Positions 1 through 9,541 of a stretch of 32,000 nt of DNA are shown here, one piece after another. Origin of the DNA: Candidatus Kuenenia stuttgartensis. Its GTDB lineage: Bacteria > Planctomycetota > Brocadiia > Brocadiales > Brocadiaceae. Under the pieces are notes generated by a model. It saw only the letters and a list, made by a program, of their open reading frames with translations, had not been told where the DNA came from and did not search any database. The stretch's first letter is position 1; the number at the start of each line of letters is the position of its first letter. The stretch is from positions 4,290,001 to 4,322,000 of the forward strand of contig NZ_LT934425.1 of the NCBI RefSeq assembly GCF_900232105.1, in the 5' to 3' direction. Both the position numbers and the translations under genes were made by a program.

Positions 1-1119
1 AAACAAAAGCGATACGATCTCAGGCAGGTCGGGTTGGCGATGGTCGTTACACGTAACGACATGATACCGTTGTTTCACCATACCTATCAGGGGAACATGG
101 CGGATGCAAAGGTGTTCAGCGCGGTTCTTGAGACGATAAAAGACAGGATGACCGGATTAGGTTTCGACAGCAAAAAGCACACTATTGTTTTTGATCGTGG
201 AAACAATTCCATGGACAATATGGCTATTGTAGAGAGATTGGCATTGCATTACGTTGGAGCGCTTACACCGTATCATCACAAGCAGTTGGTAGGGGATGCC
301 ATGTGTAATTTCAGGGAATATGACGTTGACGGCAGTAAGATACAGGTGTACCATGACAAACGGGTTATTTGGGGGCAGGAAAGAACCGTTGTCGTATTTA
401 TTTCCGAGAAATTAAAGGTTGGGCAATTAAGGGGAATGTCTCAGTCTCTGGAAAAGGCAGAACATCAGTTAAAGCTCTTACAGCAGCATCTGTGTAATCC
501 AAAGGGAAAGATGCGGGACAAAGAGGGTCTGGAGGATACGATAAGAAGTGTAGTGAAATGTCAATTTGCGAAGGATGTTATCGATTGGTCGTTAAAAGAG
601 GTATCTGAAGGCAAGTTTCAATTGAATTTTTCAATCGACCAGAAAAAGCTCGAAGAAATAGAAGGGGAACTGGGGTTCAGGATTCTTATGACAGACCATC
701 ACGATTGGGATACCGCGGACATTATAAAAGCCTACTATGGGCAATCAAAAATTGAACATGCCTTTAGAAATCTCAAGAACCCCTATCACCTTGCTTTAAA
801 ACCGCAATTTCACTGGACGGATCAGAAAATCAGGGTGCATTTTTTTATTTGCGTCCTCGGATACCTAATGGCGGCGATTGTGTGGTATCAGGCAAAAGCG
901 CACGCACAATTTAGTGGAACGTTAGATACCCTGTTAGACACCCTTAATAATATAAGGCTTTCTGCTATGCTTGAAGAAACAAAGGCCAGAGGGAGAGTTA
1001 AGGCTACCTACAAATTGGAAGAAATGTCCGACAAGGAATCTCTGTTGATGAATGCGTTAGGCATTATGGATTTCCACAAACATCGGCTGAAACTTCAAGG
1101 ACTCAGTGTATACAATTGA
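1..1119 (+). CDS. IS1634-like transposase, 3' part (runs off the left edge of the window)
   Basis: Frame +1 is open from base 1 (KQKRYDLRQVGLAMVVTRNDMIPLFHHTYQGN...). DDE-type motifs: FDRGNNSMDN and YYGQSKIEHAFRNLKNPYHLALKPQFHWTDQKIRVHFFICVLGYLM. Confidence 0.85.
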   Translation, partial: KQKRYDLRQVGLAMVVTRNDMIPLFHHTYQGNMADAKVFSAVLETIKDRMTGLGFDSKKHTIVFDRGNNSMDNMAIVERLALHYVGALTPYHHKQLVGDAMCNFREYDVDGSKIQVYHDKRVIWGQERTVVVFISEKLKVGQLRGMSQSLEKAEHQLKLLQQHLCNPKGKMRDKEGLEDTIRSVVKCQFAKDVIDWSLKEVSEGKFQLNFSIDQKKLEEIEGELGFRILMTDHHDWDTADIIKAYYGQSKIEHAFRNLKNPYHLALKPQFHWTDQKIRVHFFICVLGYLMAAIVWYQAKAHAQFSGTLDTLLDTLNNIRLSAMLEETKARGRVKATYKLEEMSDKESLLMNALGIMDFHKHRLKLQGLSVYN

Positions 1120-1288
1120 TGTTGTGCTTAACGCATTGACTGTATTTATGTTACGTTGCTTCATGCCTTATTTTGTGATAAACTCACGCTAGGGGGAATA
1201 TCATTTCCCAATACCGGGCATTATATTTTAATGTCGCCTTTTTTATAATATGTCGCCATACACTCCAAATAATTATTAGTGGTATCCA

Positions 1289-1426
1289 CTAGTCGCTGGT
1301 TTGCCATTTAACCTCTGCTTTTAATTGCTTTATAAATTCAGGAATATTTACATTTACCAATGGAGTACCCATTTTTCGTGTTCCTTCTGGTCTTAAGTCT
1401 GTAGATTCATTATTTTCTATTTCCAT
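1289..1426 (-). pseudogene. Short ORF, possibly the N-terminus of a truncated small (cupin-like?) protein
   Basis: MEIENNESTDLRPEGTRKMGTPLVNVNIPEFIKQLKAEVKWQTSD then stop. Reads like the start of a longer protein; family assignment is weak. Confidence 0.25.
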
Positions 1427-1684
1427 GAATATGTATTTACCTAAATCCAGCAAACAAGGCAAAGCCTTGTTGCAGGAATAGGATTGAAATGGTAGAATTT
1501 TCGAAGTATTCAGCGGTATATTGATAACAAAATACAGAAGAAAGGAGATTAGCCATTTCGATGTGGAATATAACAAAAGCCGACAACAAAATACAACCTA
1601 AAATCACCACAGAGATGAATGGGAAAGGATTAACAGTAAATGCAAGGCTTTTACCGGTATTAAATTTTATGGGTAAATAAATGT

Positions 1685-1948
1685 ATGGCATACATGAAGA
1701 AGGGAGTAAGGGAGGTATTTCGCGGAGACAGTAGTTTTTTTGCCGGTGAATTGCTTGAATACCTTGAGTCAGTGCAGGCAGGATATTTGATTTTGGAAGT
1801 AAAGACGATGCGGTTGTGGTTAGTCATTATGGCAGGAAAATTGGTGGAGAGAAGCAGGCAATTGACATTAAAATTGCCGGAGAAATTTCTGCATAATGAA
1901 GAATGGAAAAAGTGGGAACGCATGTCGCTGGAAGTAGTGTTTCCATAG
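1685..1948 (+). pseudogene. IS1380-like transposase relic with internal deletion
   Basis: VFRGDSSFFAGELLEYLESVQAGYLI joined to a C-terminal-like segment LWLVIMAGKLVERSRQLTLKLPEKFLHNEEWKKWERM. Only 87 aa. Confidence 0.45.
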
Positions 1949-2200
1949 AAAATAAATCTTGTTTTTCGTTTTTTTGATTTTCTAAGAGCTGTAAGGATAC
2001 CGCAGATAGGGACAGTATCGCCACATTCTGATTTTATAGCTTCCGGATGAATGATTCGGGCTAATCTTTATGTCTTTTTGTTTAAAGTAGCACAACTCAG
2101 CTACCACAATTGCTAAAAAACAGAGGTTTGTTATATGTTTTTTGCCAATTTTGGTATTGGAAAATACCGATTTTCATACTACGAAAATCGTTTGCGGAAT

Positions 2201-2419
2201 TTAGGATTTACTCAATTTCGTAAGTGCTTTTCCTTTATGCACTGCAATATGGTCAGTCTTATCGCTTTGGATGGCATATTGGGGGTCTTCTTTGGAGGCG
2301 TGATGTGTGTAGCCCTTGTAATCAAAATCGGTGGTATGTATTTTTATAATCTTGCCTGATACATATCCGGCTTCAGAATTCCATTTTACATGGTCGCCTA
2401 TTTTAAATGAGTGTTCCAT
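2201..2419 (-). CDS. DUF2945 / HVA1-type (TUDOR-like) small protein
   Basis: 72 aa: MEHSFKIGDHVKWNSEAGYVSGKIIKIHTTDFDYKGYTHHASKEDPQYAIQSDKTDHIAVHKGKALTKL, the characteristic DUF2945 pattern. Confidence 0.8.
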   Translation of the reverse strand: MEHSFKIGDHVKWNSEAGYVSGKIIKIHTTDFDYKGYTHHASKEDPQYAIQSDKTDHIAVHKGKALTKLSKS

Positions 2420-2436
2420 TTTCTACATATCTTAAT

Positions 2437-2645
2437 TGTTTGACTATTTGCCAATAAATCAAAGTATTCGTCATCTTCATTTTTGCCTCCATAGCCTTTG
2501 CCAACCGTTTCATGTTTTTCCTCAAATTCAATTCATTCAATCCATTTTACCGTTTTATAACCTAACTGATTTTCTACACGCAGTCTTAAAGGGGCGCCAT
2601 ATACTACAGAGAGCGGTCCATGATTCATTTCCCAAGCCAGATGGA
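2437..2645 (-). pseudogene. Degenerate 3' fragment of a sulfite-oxidase-type molybdopterin oxidoreductase gene, paralogous to 21933..23603
   Basis: Minus frame: LAWEMNHGPLSVVYGAPLRLRVENQLGYKTVKWIE*IEFEEKHETVGKGYGGKNEDDEYFDLLAN. Intact copy: LAWEMNYELLSEVHGAPLRLRVENQLGYKMVKWIERIEFVETYKTIGKGYGGKNEDDEYFDLIANV. In-frame TGA, no 5' part. Confidence 0.9.
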
Positions 2646-2862
2646 TGGTTGAGATGAGATGATAGGAAATTGCTTTTTTCTATCAGGCAGTCAGCTTAGC
2701 AAAAACAAAGAAAATTGCAAGTTTTTTTATTTTATCGACCCTACTGAACATCAAAGGAAAGAGAAATAAGAGAATAAGGCGGCGGGAGTCAAACCTTGAT
2801 TAGTTATTAAACACTTAACAATAAAAGACAGTTTATGTTGCCTTGTCTTTGATGACAAGACA

Positions 2863-3814
2863 ATGGCGTATAGCATTAAAGGAGCTTATTATCACCTCTT
2901 ATCGTGCGCCAATGAGAGAAGAGATATTTTGCGGGACAATGATGATCGTGTTTTATTTCTGAAAACTTTAGGAAATATGTCGGACAGGTTTGAGGTTGAG
3001 GTTTACGCCTATGTTCTTATGGATAATCCTTATCATTTGCTACATGAGAAGATTTTCGTCACGGCCTTATTTTGGGTTCTCAGAAGTTTGCTGACCGTAT
3101 AAAGTCCAAATATTTGTCAGAGAATCCTGATGTTGAAATTCCTCAAAAACGGCAAGTATCAAGAGATACCGATCCTGAAAACATTCTAAAGAAAGCTGCA
3201 AAGATTTTAAAATGCGATACAGACGTTTTTTTATACTCCTTTAGGATAAGTGATTCAAATAAACTAAATCGTGATTTATTAATCTATCTTTTATGAAGTA
3301 CAGGTTGGCAGTACCTTTTAGTAGGGTGCCTTCCCGATTTTTTGTAAAAAAGAAAGCTGTTGGCGGATATTTTACTTGAATATGTATAAATTCATGAAGA
3401 GAGCATAGAGCATTCAAAATTCTTGTAACATTCTGGTTTTTTGAAAAGATCCAATAAAATCAAGGATTTCTGGTTTTATTGAGTAAGGAGTTTTTTTGTA
3501 TTAAAACACATCCCTAAATTCCCTCTATCAGGAGAGCACTTTTTATCTCCCATCTAAAAAGAAGGGCCGGGGATGTGTAATGAGTTAGCTTATGGTCATG
3601 AAAAATTGCTGCTAAAATTTACAAAAAATCGGGAACGCTCCTGGTTGGTATGATAACCAGAAAGTCGGTGATTTGCTTGGTCTTGGTTATTCATCAATAA
3701 GTCGACGGGTAACTATTATGGAATCAACTATTTCGAAAGATGATGACATTAATGAAAGATTAACAAGGATTACTAATCAAGGTCTGACCCCATATTCATA
3801 TTTGTCAAAGGCGT
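2863..3814 (+). pseudogene. REP-associated tyrosine (Y1/IS200-like) transposase, decayed and split
   Basis: Start MAYSIKGAYYHLLSCANERRDILRDNDDRVLFLKTL...YAYVLMDNPYHLL, then NPDVEIPQ...ILKCDTDVF...NRDLLIYLL* (3072..3296). The C-terminal HTH reappears at about 3643..3814: WYDNQKVGDLLGLGYSSISRRVTIMESTISKDDDINERLTRITNQ. Confidence 0.75.
3506..3578. repeat. Imperfect palindromic element bounded by ACACATCCC / GGGATGTGT
   Basis: ACACATCCC at 3506..3514 and GGGATGTGT at 3570..3578, with partly complementary interior (CCCTCTATCAGGAG ... CTCCCATCTAAAAAGAAGGG). Confidence 0.55.
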
Positions 3815-3854
3815 GATGTAGCTCCTACAGGAGAAAATTACTCTCCATGAAAAC

Positions 3855-5372
3855 TCAAACCGTAGGTTTCAAACGCAGACCTTTTGGCACAAAAAATCTC
3901 TCCAAAGCCTCAAAACCACCTTGTACTATCAGAGCAAGTACGGCTGCCGGTACCGCCCCCTGTAGGATGAGTGAAATATTATCTAATCGAATACCGGTAA
4001 GAATTAATTGCCCATAACCACCGGCGCCTATAAGTGCACCTAATGTTGCCGTTCCCACATTAATCACAGCTGACGTCTTAATGCCTGCTAAAATAGATCG
4101 CGACGCCATTGGCAATTCCACCAACCTAAGCCGCGCTCCCGGTGGAAGCCCAAGTGCCTCTGCAGATTCTCGAATATGTGAAGGAATATCATGAAGACCT
4201 GTGTATGTATTCCGTACAATTGGCAGGAGACTATAGAGAAAAAGTGCCGTAATGGCCGGAGGTCCGCCAATACCCAGTAACGGAATCATAAAGACAAGAA
4301 GGGCCAGTGACGGAATGGTCTGGAGAACACCAACAATAGCAAGGATAATTTGTCCCAATGTTGTTCGCTTCGCAGAGACAATACCCAGTGGTATTGAAGT
4401 TAAAATGGCTGCTGATAACGAAATTGTGACCAAATAAAGATGTTCTGTGGTAAGGCGTAATAGGCGGCTAATAGCAGTTTCCTCATAAGATTCAGTTTCC
4501 AGAGATAAACTTTCCGATAAGAAGTCTGCAGCTATCCGATTTTCCGGTATCATTTCCATATTGGCACGAAAATTCATTTTGACCATTTCTAATCTAGAAA
4601 TTTTATTTTCGATCTTTTTTAGAACAGTAACAACATGCGGAGCGCGTTCTTCTAAATCAGACCGATACAGGATTACGGCATTGTAAGCGGGAAAATGATT
4701 CATGTCGTCCTCTAATAAACGCAGATTATAATACCGGATTTTGGCGTCTGTTGAATAGGTATCAATCGCCTGAATAATGCCTTTTTCCAAGCCACGGTAG
4801 GCAAGATCATGATCCAAGCCTCTTACATTTTGCTGAGGTAGGTTGTAATGCCTGCGCAGGATTGGCCATCCGTCGCCCCTGTCCATGAACTCATTTCCAA
4901 AACCAAATTTCAAATCAGGGTGGCGTTGCAAGTCTGAGATCTTTCGAATTTTTAATTTTTCTGCAACTTCTTCCTTCATTCCGATAGCGTAGGTATTGTT
5001 AAAACCTAATGCATCTGTCATCTTAATCCCACGTTTGATTAAGGCTTGCCGGATCTCCTCCTCACTGCGTACTTCCTCACCTGCCAGAATTTCTTCACTA
5101 ATCGTACCTGTATATTCAGGGTAAATATCAATTTCACATTTTAATAAAGCATTCCACAATACACGTGTGCCTCCCAGTTCTCGCAGGTAAATGGGCTGTT
5201 CTCCGGTACTTTTTAACAGATGATTCACTATCTCTCCCAATATTACAGATTCAGTGAACTTTTTTGAGCCAATTTTGATCTTAGGAGTGGAACTATATGC
5301 TGTAAGTGGAAAGAGATATGCAAAGACAGCGTTGCATAAAAACAAGTATATGACAAAAAAGTATGTTTTCAT
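3855..5372 (-). CDS. Glycine betaine/choline-type (OpuC/OsmF-like) ABC transporter, fused substrate-binding + permease protein
   Basis: N-terminal SBP: KIKIGSKKFTESVILGEIVNHLLK...ELGGTRVLWNALLKCEIDIYPEYTGT. C-terminal permease: LVTISLSAAILTSIPLGIVSA...GVLQTIPSLALLVFMIPLLGIG...GALIGAGGYGQLILTGI. The start at 5372 gives a signal peptide and overlaps the upstream stop as TAATG; the track ORF extends to 5426. Confidence 0.88.
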   Translation of the reverse strand: MKTYFFVIYLFLCNAVFAYLFPLTAYSSTPKIKIGSKKFTESVILGEIVNHLLKSTGEQPIYLRELGGTRVLWNALLKCEIDIYPEYTGTISEEILAGEEVRSEEEIRQALIKRGIKMTDALGFNNTYAIGMKEEVAEKLKIRKISDLQRHPDLKFGFGNEFMDRGDGWPILRRHYNLPQQNVRGLDHDLAYRGLEKGIIQAIDTYSTDAKIRYYNLRLLEDDMNHFPAYNAVILYRSDLEERAPHVVTVLKKIENKISRLEMVKMNFRANMEMIPENRIAADFLSESLSLETESYEETAISRLLRLTTEHLYLVTISLSAAILTSIPLGIVSAKRTTLGQIILAIVGVLQTIPSLALLVFMIPLLGIGGPPAITALFLYSLLPIVRNTYTGLHDIPSHIRESAEALGLPPGARLRLVELPMASRSILAGIKTSAVINVGTATLGALIGAGGYGQLILTGIRLDNISLILQGAVPAAVLALIVQGGFEALERFFVPKGLRLKPTV

Positions 5373-6121
5373 TAGAAGTCCTTTCTCATAACTTCCAAAG
5401 GACTTCGCTGAGCATTTATAAAGCAAGTAACAAATGAATCGGCCGGTGATTGTACGAGATCTTCGAGTGTGCCTTTCTGTAAAATTTTTCCATCCCGTAG
5501 TAAGGTAATAACATTGCCGAAAAATCCGGCTTCTGCTATATCATGAGTTACCAGAACAACTGTTTTACCAAGTGCCTGGAAGATCCTTTTCAAATCAACC
5601 TGCAGATCGGCCCGTATCATCGGATCAAGGGCGCCAAGGGGTTCATCTAACAGAAGTACGTCAGGGTCCAACATTAGTGCGCGCATCAAGCTCACCCGTT
5701 GCTGTTGGCCACCGGAAAGTTGTACTGGAAAACGATGAAGTCCGTCAGAAGGAAAATGCGTCAGTTCGGTTAGTTCGTTCAATCGTTTTCTTATACGTTC
5801 ATTATCCCATCCCATGTAGCGTGCCATCAATGCTATATTGTCATACGCAGTAAGGTGCGGAAAAAGGCCTCCCCCCTGGATAACGTAACCCATCTTTCTT
5901 CTTAAGGTAATCACAACCTCAGGAATAATTTTAGTTTCCTCAAAATATATAGATCCGCTATCCGCTTGTAAAAGGCCTATGATCAGCCGAAGTATTGTAG
6001 ATTTTCCACAGCCACTTGGACCAATCAATACAGTTGTTAGGCAGGCCGGAATGGTTAAATCAATGGATTTTAGCGCTCTGGTTTGACCAAAAATTTTTGA
6101 AACATTCTGCATTTTAATCAT
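5372..6121 (-). CDS. Osmoprotectant-type ABC transporter ATP-binding protein
   Basis: Walker A GPSGCGKST, signature LSGGQQQRVSL, Walker B LLLDEPLGALD, H-loop VLVTHD. 249 aa, too short to carry the tandem CBS domains of OpuCA. Confidence 0.9.
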   Translation of the reverse strand: MIKMQNVSKIFGQTRALKSIDLTIPACLTTVLIGPSGCGKSTILRLIIGLLQADSGSIYFEETKIIPEVVITLRRKMGYVIQGGGLFPHLTAYDNIALMARYMGWDNERIRKRLNELTELTHFPSDGLHRFPVQLSGGQQQRVSLMRALMLDPDVLLLDEPLGALDPMIRADLQVDLKRIFQALGKTVVLVTHDIAEAGFFGNVITLLRDGKILQKGTLEDLVQSPADSFVTCFINAQRSPLEVMRKDF

Positions 6122-6459
6122 AAATAAATGCTCATGTGATCATTGCTTTGTTAAAAATCAACTGAACTCACAACGAAGTCTTTGTCTTATTGCATGGACT
6201 CTCACCTATTTGATCAAACAAAATGCTTGTCTTACGAAAATCCTTGAAACGAAACCTACTATCTTCAACGAAATCAAACAGGCAGCCACTCCTTACTCGA
6301 ATTTGCCTCTACCAACGCCTTATCAAAGAACGAAAAACTCGCCAATGACTATTTTAAAATTAAATCCAACCGACTTAAAAAGAAATTGATCGTTTAATTT
6401 TTAACAAAGTAATGCTATTTATTCATCCAACAAAATACCCTTGTGGATATTTTGTTACG

Positions 6460-7917
6460 TTAAATTCCTGAACCTAATTTAATATTTATAATTGACTGAA
6501 TGGCGGTAATCAATGCTGAAGGAAATATTCCGTACCAGATTAACAATACGGTCAGAATTGTTAATGCAATTCCGCCGCTCAATGGAAAAGAAATTTTTAT
6601 CTTTAAAGACTTATCATATGATTCAACAACTTGTCTGTACATAGCGGTAATTATTCTTAAGTAATAGTATAATCCTACAGCACTGCTGACAACAAGCACG
6701 ATCACCAAAAACCAGAGCGATGAATTAATTCCCGCCGCCAGTACATAATATTTACTAATAAAACCAATCGTGAGTGGAATTCCCGCTAAAGAAAAAAGCA
6801 TCACAGTAAAAACTGCAGCAATTACAGGATGCGACCAGAACAATCCTTCATATTCCTTAATGTCTTCTGCTTCATGATCTTTAACAGACAGTACCGTAAC
6901 AACTCCGAATGCACCCAGGGTAGTAATAAAGTACGCAACCAAATAAAATGTAACAGCCTGAATTCCTAAACTTCCGGTGGCTAAAAACGCAACAAGCACG
7001 TAACCAAGATGTGCGATAGATGAATACGCCAAAATTCGTTTTATATTATTTTGCCGGATTGCCAAAAGGTTGCCTATCAACATAGATGCAGCAGCTATTA
7101 TTGTGAATGTTAAGATCAGAGAAGGATATTGATGTACGTTTATCTCAACGAAAAGACGCAACATCAATGCAAACATACCACCCTTAGAAACAGTTGCAAT
7201 AAATGCCGTAACAGGTGCGGGTGCACCCTGGTAAACATCCGGCGTCCAGAGATGAAATGGTACTAATGCCAATTTGAAACCGACGCCGATTATGATCATT
7301 GAAAAACCGGTGACCGCTAATATCAAATTGGTATCGGGTGAAGAAATTCTACTTGTAAATTGATTGAAAGCCATTGTTCCTAATCCGCTGTAAACAAGCG
7401 CCATTCCGAATAGCAAAAATGCTGCAGATGTTGCAGCAAGCACCAGATATTTTATGCCTCCTTCCAATCCATTTTCATTAGTGCGGAAATATGAGATCAG
7501 TACATAAAGAGAAACACTTAAAATTTCCAATCCTAAAAAAAATGAAATAAAATCTATGCTTGCGACAAGCAATGAGGAACCCAATGTAGCAATGAAAAGC
7601 AAAATATAAAATTCTTCCTTATCACCTTCATATTGTTCAAAGTAACCGAATGATAAAAGAGTAACAAGAAAACTTGCCGACAGGATAAGTCCGATGTAAA
7701 AAAAAGAAAATTTATCAAAAATAAATAGTGGTACTATTGTAACCGGAGCCAAATTTGAAACTAAAATTACCGAAATTAAAGCTAATGCGAATGCGACTAA
7801 GCTGAATATATTCACAAACAAATGGCTTCGCTTAACTGAAGCAACAAGCATTATTATTATAGGTGCGGCTGCAACTATAATTAAGGGTAATATTGATTGA
7901 AACTCAATCGGGGTCAC
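6460..7917 (-). CDS. nuoN: NADH-quinone oxidoreductase subunit N
   Basis: 485 aa antiporter-like multi-TM protein (KLALVPFHLWTPDVYQGAPAPVTAFIATVSKG; RILAYSSIAHLGYVL). Last gene of the operon. Confidence 0.95.
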   Translation of the reverse strand: MTPIEFQSILPLIIVAAAPIIIMLVASVKRSHLFVNIFSLVAFALALISVILVSNLAPVTIVPLFIFDKFSFFYIGLILSASFLVTLLSFGYFEQYEGDKEEFYILLFIATLGSSLLVASIDFISFFLGLEILSVSLYVLISYFRTNENGLEGGIKYLVLAATSAAFLLFGMALVYSGLGTMAFNQFTSRISSPDTNLILAVTGFSMIIIGVGFKLALVPFHLWTPDVYQGAPAPVTAFIATVSKGGMFALMLRLFVEINVHQYPSLILTFTIIAAASMLIGNLLAIRQNNIKRILAYSSIAHLGYVLVAFLATGSLGIQAVTFYLVAYFITTLGAFGVVTVLSVKDHEAEDIKEYEGLFWSHPVIAAVFTVMLFSLAGIPLTIGFISKYYVLAAGINSSLWFLVIVLVVSSAVGLYYYLRIITAMYRQVVESYDKSLKIKISFPLSGGIALTILTVLLIWYGIFPSALITAIQSIINIKLGSGI

Positions 7918-9541
7918 GTTTAGTCTCCATTATGCAGATTCGATTTTTGGCATGAGTCGATAATCCAGAATTCAGGTTATTCATAATAGATTTGTTATAA
8001 GCATTTCCATTTTGAAGTTGATCCTTTTTATTCATATCTAAAACTTCAGTGTTTGATGTTTGAGATTTGAAATTCTGAATGATGTTTTCTATCGAATACT
8101 TAGTAGTAGTTAAAAAAGTCTGAGGATAAATGCCAAGCCATGCAATAACAATAATCATTGCACCCATCATAATCATTTCACGAATACCAAAATCACTTAT
8201 CTTCCATTCCTTTTCTCTCTTGCCATAAAAAACTTTTTGCATAATTCTCAAAGCATATATTGTTGAAGCGATCAGTCCAAATGCAGCAAAGATTGTCAAA
8301 CCAGCATTCGCCTGGTAAGATCCGGCAAGAATTAAAAACTCAGCTATAAAATTTCCCAGCCCCGGTAAACCAAGTGAAGCTAATGAAAACAAAAGACCAA
8401 CGCCTGCCATCCTGGGAACTAACTGCCAAAGACCTCCCATCTTGTTTATATCTCTTATATGTAAACGTTCCTGCATTGTGCCGGCAAGTACGAATAATGC
8501 GCCGGTGGTGATTCCGTGTGCTAATATTTGCATAACTACACCTTGAAACGCGAGCACATTAAACGCAAAAGCACCGATGAGTATAAACCCCATATGACTT
8601 ACACTTGTGTATGCCACTAATCGTTTAAAATCAGTTTGTGCAAAAGCAAGTTTAGCCCCGTATAAAATTCCGATAGCTCCGAAGAACATTGCATAGGGAG
8701 AAATTGCAGCAGCAGATGACGGGAATAACGGAATAACAAATCTTAACAATCCGTATGCACCGGTTTTTAACAGTAAACCTGCAAGTATAACACTTCCGGC
8801 TGTCGGAGCCTCCGTGTGAGCATCAGGCAACCATGCGTGAAACGGAACGGCAGGGAGCTTAACTAAAAATGCGATTAAGAACCCACACATTAAAATGAAA
8901 GAGACGGTCGGGCTCAAGATCGTTCCAAGCAATTGCATATAATCAAAAGTATAAATGCCCGTAGCTTTTCCATGTATAAAATAAAGGACAAGAATGGCAA
9001 GGAACATCAACAAACCACTTGCCTGCGTAAAGAGAAAGAATTTAAAAGCAGCATAAATTCTATTTTCATGCCCCCATATTCCGATAAGGAAGTACATTGG
9101 GATTAGCATTACTTCCCAGAAAAAATAAAATAAGAATAAGTCCAGCGCAAGAAATACTCCGGATATTCCAGCCAGAATCCAAAGTATATTGAAGTGAAAG
9201 AAACCAATTCGTTCTGTAATTTCTTTCCATGAAGTAATGACTGAGATAATTCCGAGAAAAATAGTAAGTGCAACAAGGATTAAGCTTAAACCATCAAGTG
9301 CTAAGTGAAAATTAATCCCAAACTGCGGAATCCACTCCGTATTTAATTCTATCAACCAGACAGGCGCACGTGAGATTGAAATATTGGCAGAGTATGAAAT
9401 CCATATAGATATAATAATTATAAAATCGATTATTAGCGTAATAAGAGAAATCCATCTGCAGGCATAACTACTCCATTTGCCAACAAGCCAGGCAAGCAGC
9501 CCGCCAATCATCAAAATAATTATTAGCCATGCTAAGATCAT
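7904..9541 (-). CDS. nuoM: NADH-quinone oxidoreductase subunit M
   Basis: 545 aa; KLPAVPFHAWLPDAHTEAPTAGSVILAGLLLKTGAYG; RLVAYTSVSHMGFILIG. Confidence 0.96.
   Translation of the reverse strand: MILAWLIIILMIGGLLAWLVGKWSSYACRWISLITLIIDFIIIISIWISYSANISISRAPVWLIELNTEWIPQFGINFHLALDGLSLILVALTIFLGIISVITSWKEITERIGFFHFNILWILAGISGVFLALDLFLFYFFWEVMLIPMYFLIGIWGHENRIYAAFKFFLFTQASGLLMFLAILVLYFIHGKATGIYTFDYMQLLGTILSPTVSFILMCGFLIAFLVKLPAVPFHAWLPDAHTEAPTAGSVILAGLLLKTGAYGLLRFVIPLFPSSAAAISPYAMFFGAIGILYGAKLAFAQTDFKRLVAYTSVSHMGFILIGAFAFNVLAFQGVVMQILAHGITTGALFVLAGTMQERLHIRDINKMGGLWQLVPRMAGVGLLFSLASLGLPGLGNFIAEFLILAGSYQANAGLTIFAAFGLIASTIYALRIMQKVFYGKREKEWKISDFGIREMIMMGAMIIVIAWLGIYPQTFLTTTKYSIENIIQNFKSQTSNTEVLDMNKKDQLQNGNAYNKSIMNNLNSGLSTHAKNRICIMETKRDPD

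Noticed and set aside
1448-1476. Short hairpin AACAAGGC-AAA-GCCTTGTT
   Set aside because: Good stem but no U-tract and no clear gene end; not enough to call a terminator or an RNA.
1437-2024. Several 60-90 aa minus-strand ORFs (1437..1691, 1660..1923, 1827..2024)
   Set aside because: Hydrophobic or random composition, mutually overlapping, antisense to a transposase relic.
2135-2359. 74-aa plus-strand ORF
   Set aside because: Antisense to the DUF2945 protein, which has clear family motifs.
6122-6459. Space between the ABC ATPase and nuoN, searched for a relic or small RNA
   Set aside because: A short plus-strand open stretch (RNQTGSHSLLEFASTNALSKNEKLANDYFKIKSNRLKKKLIV) was seen but could not be assigned to any family.
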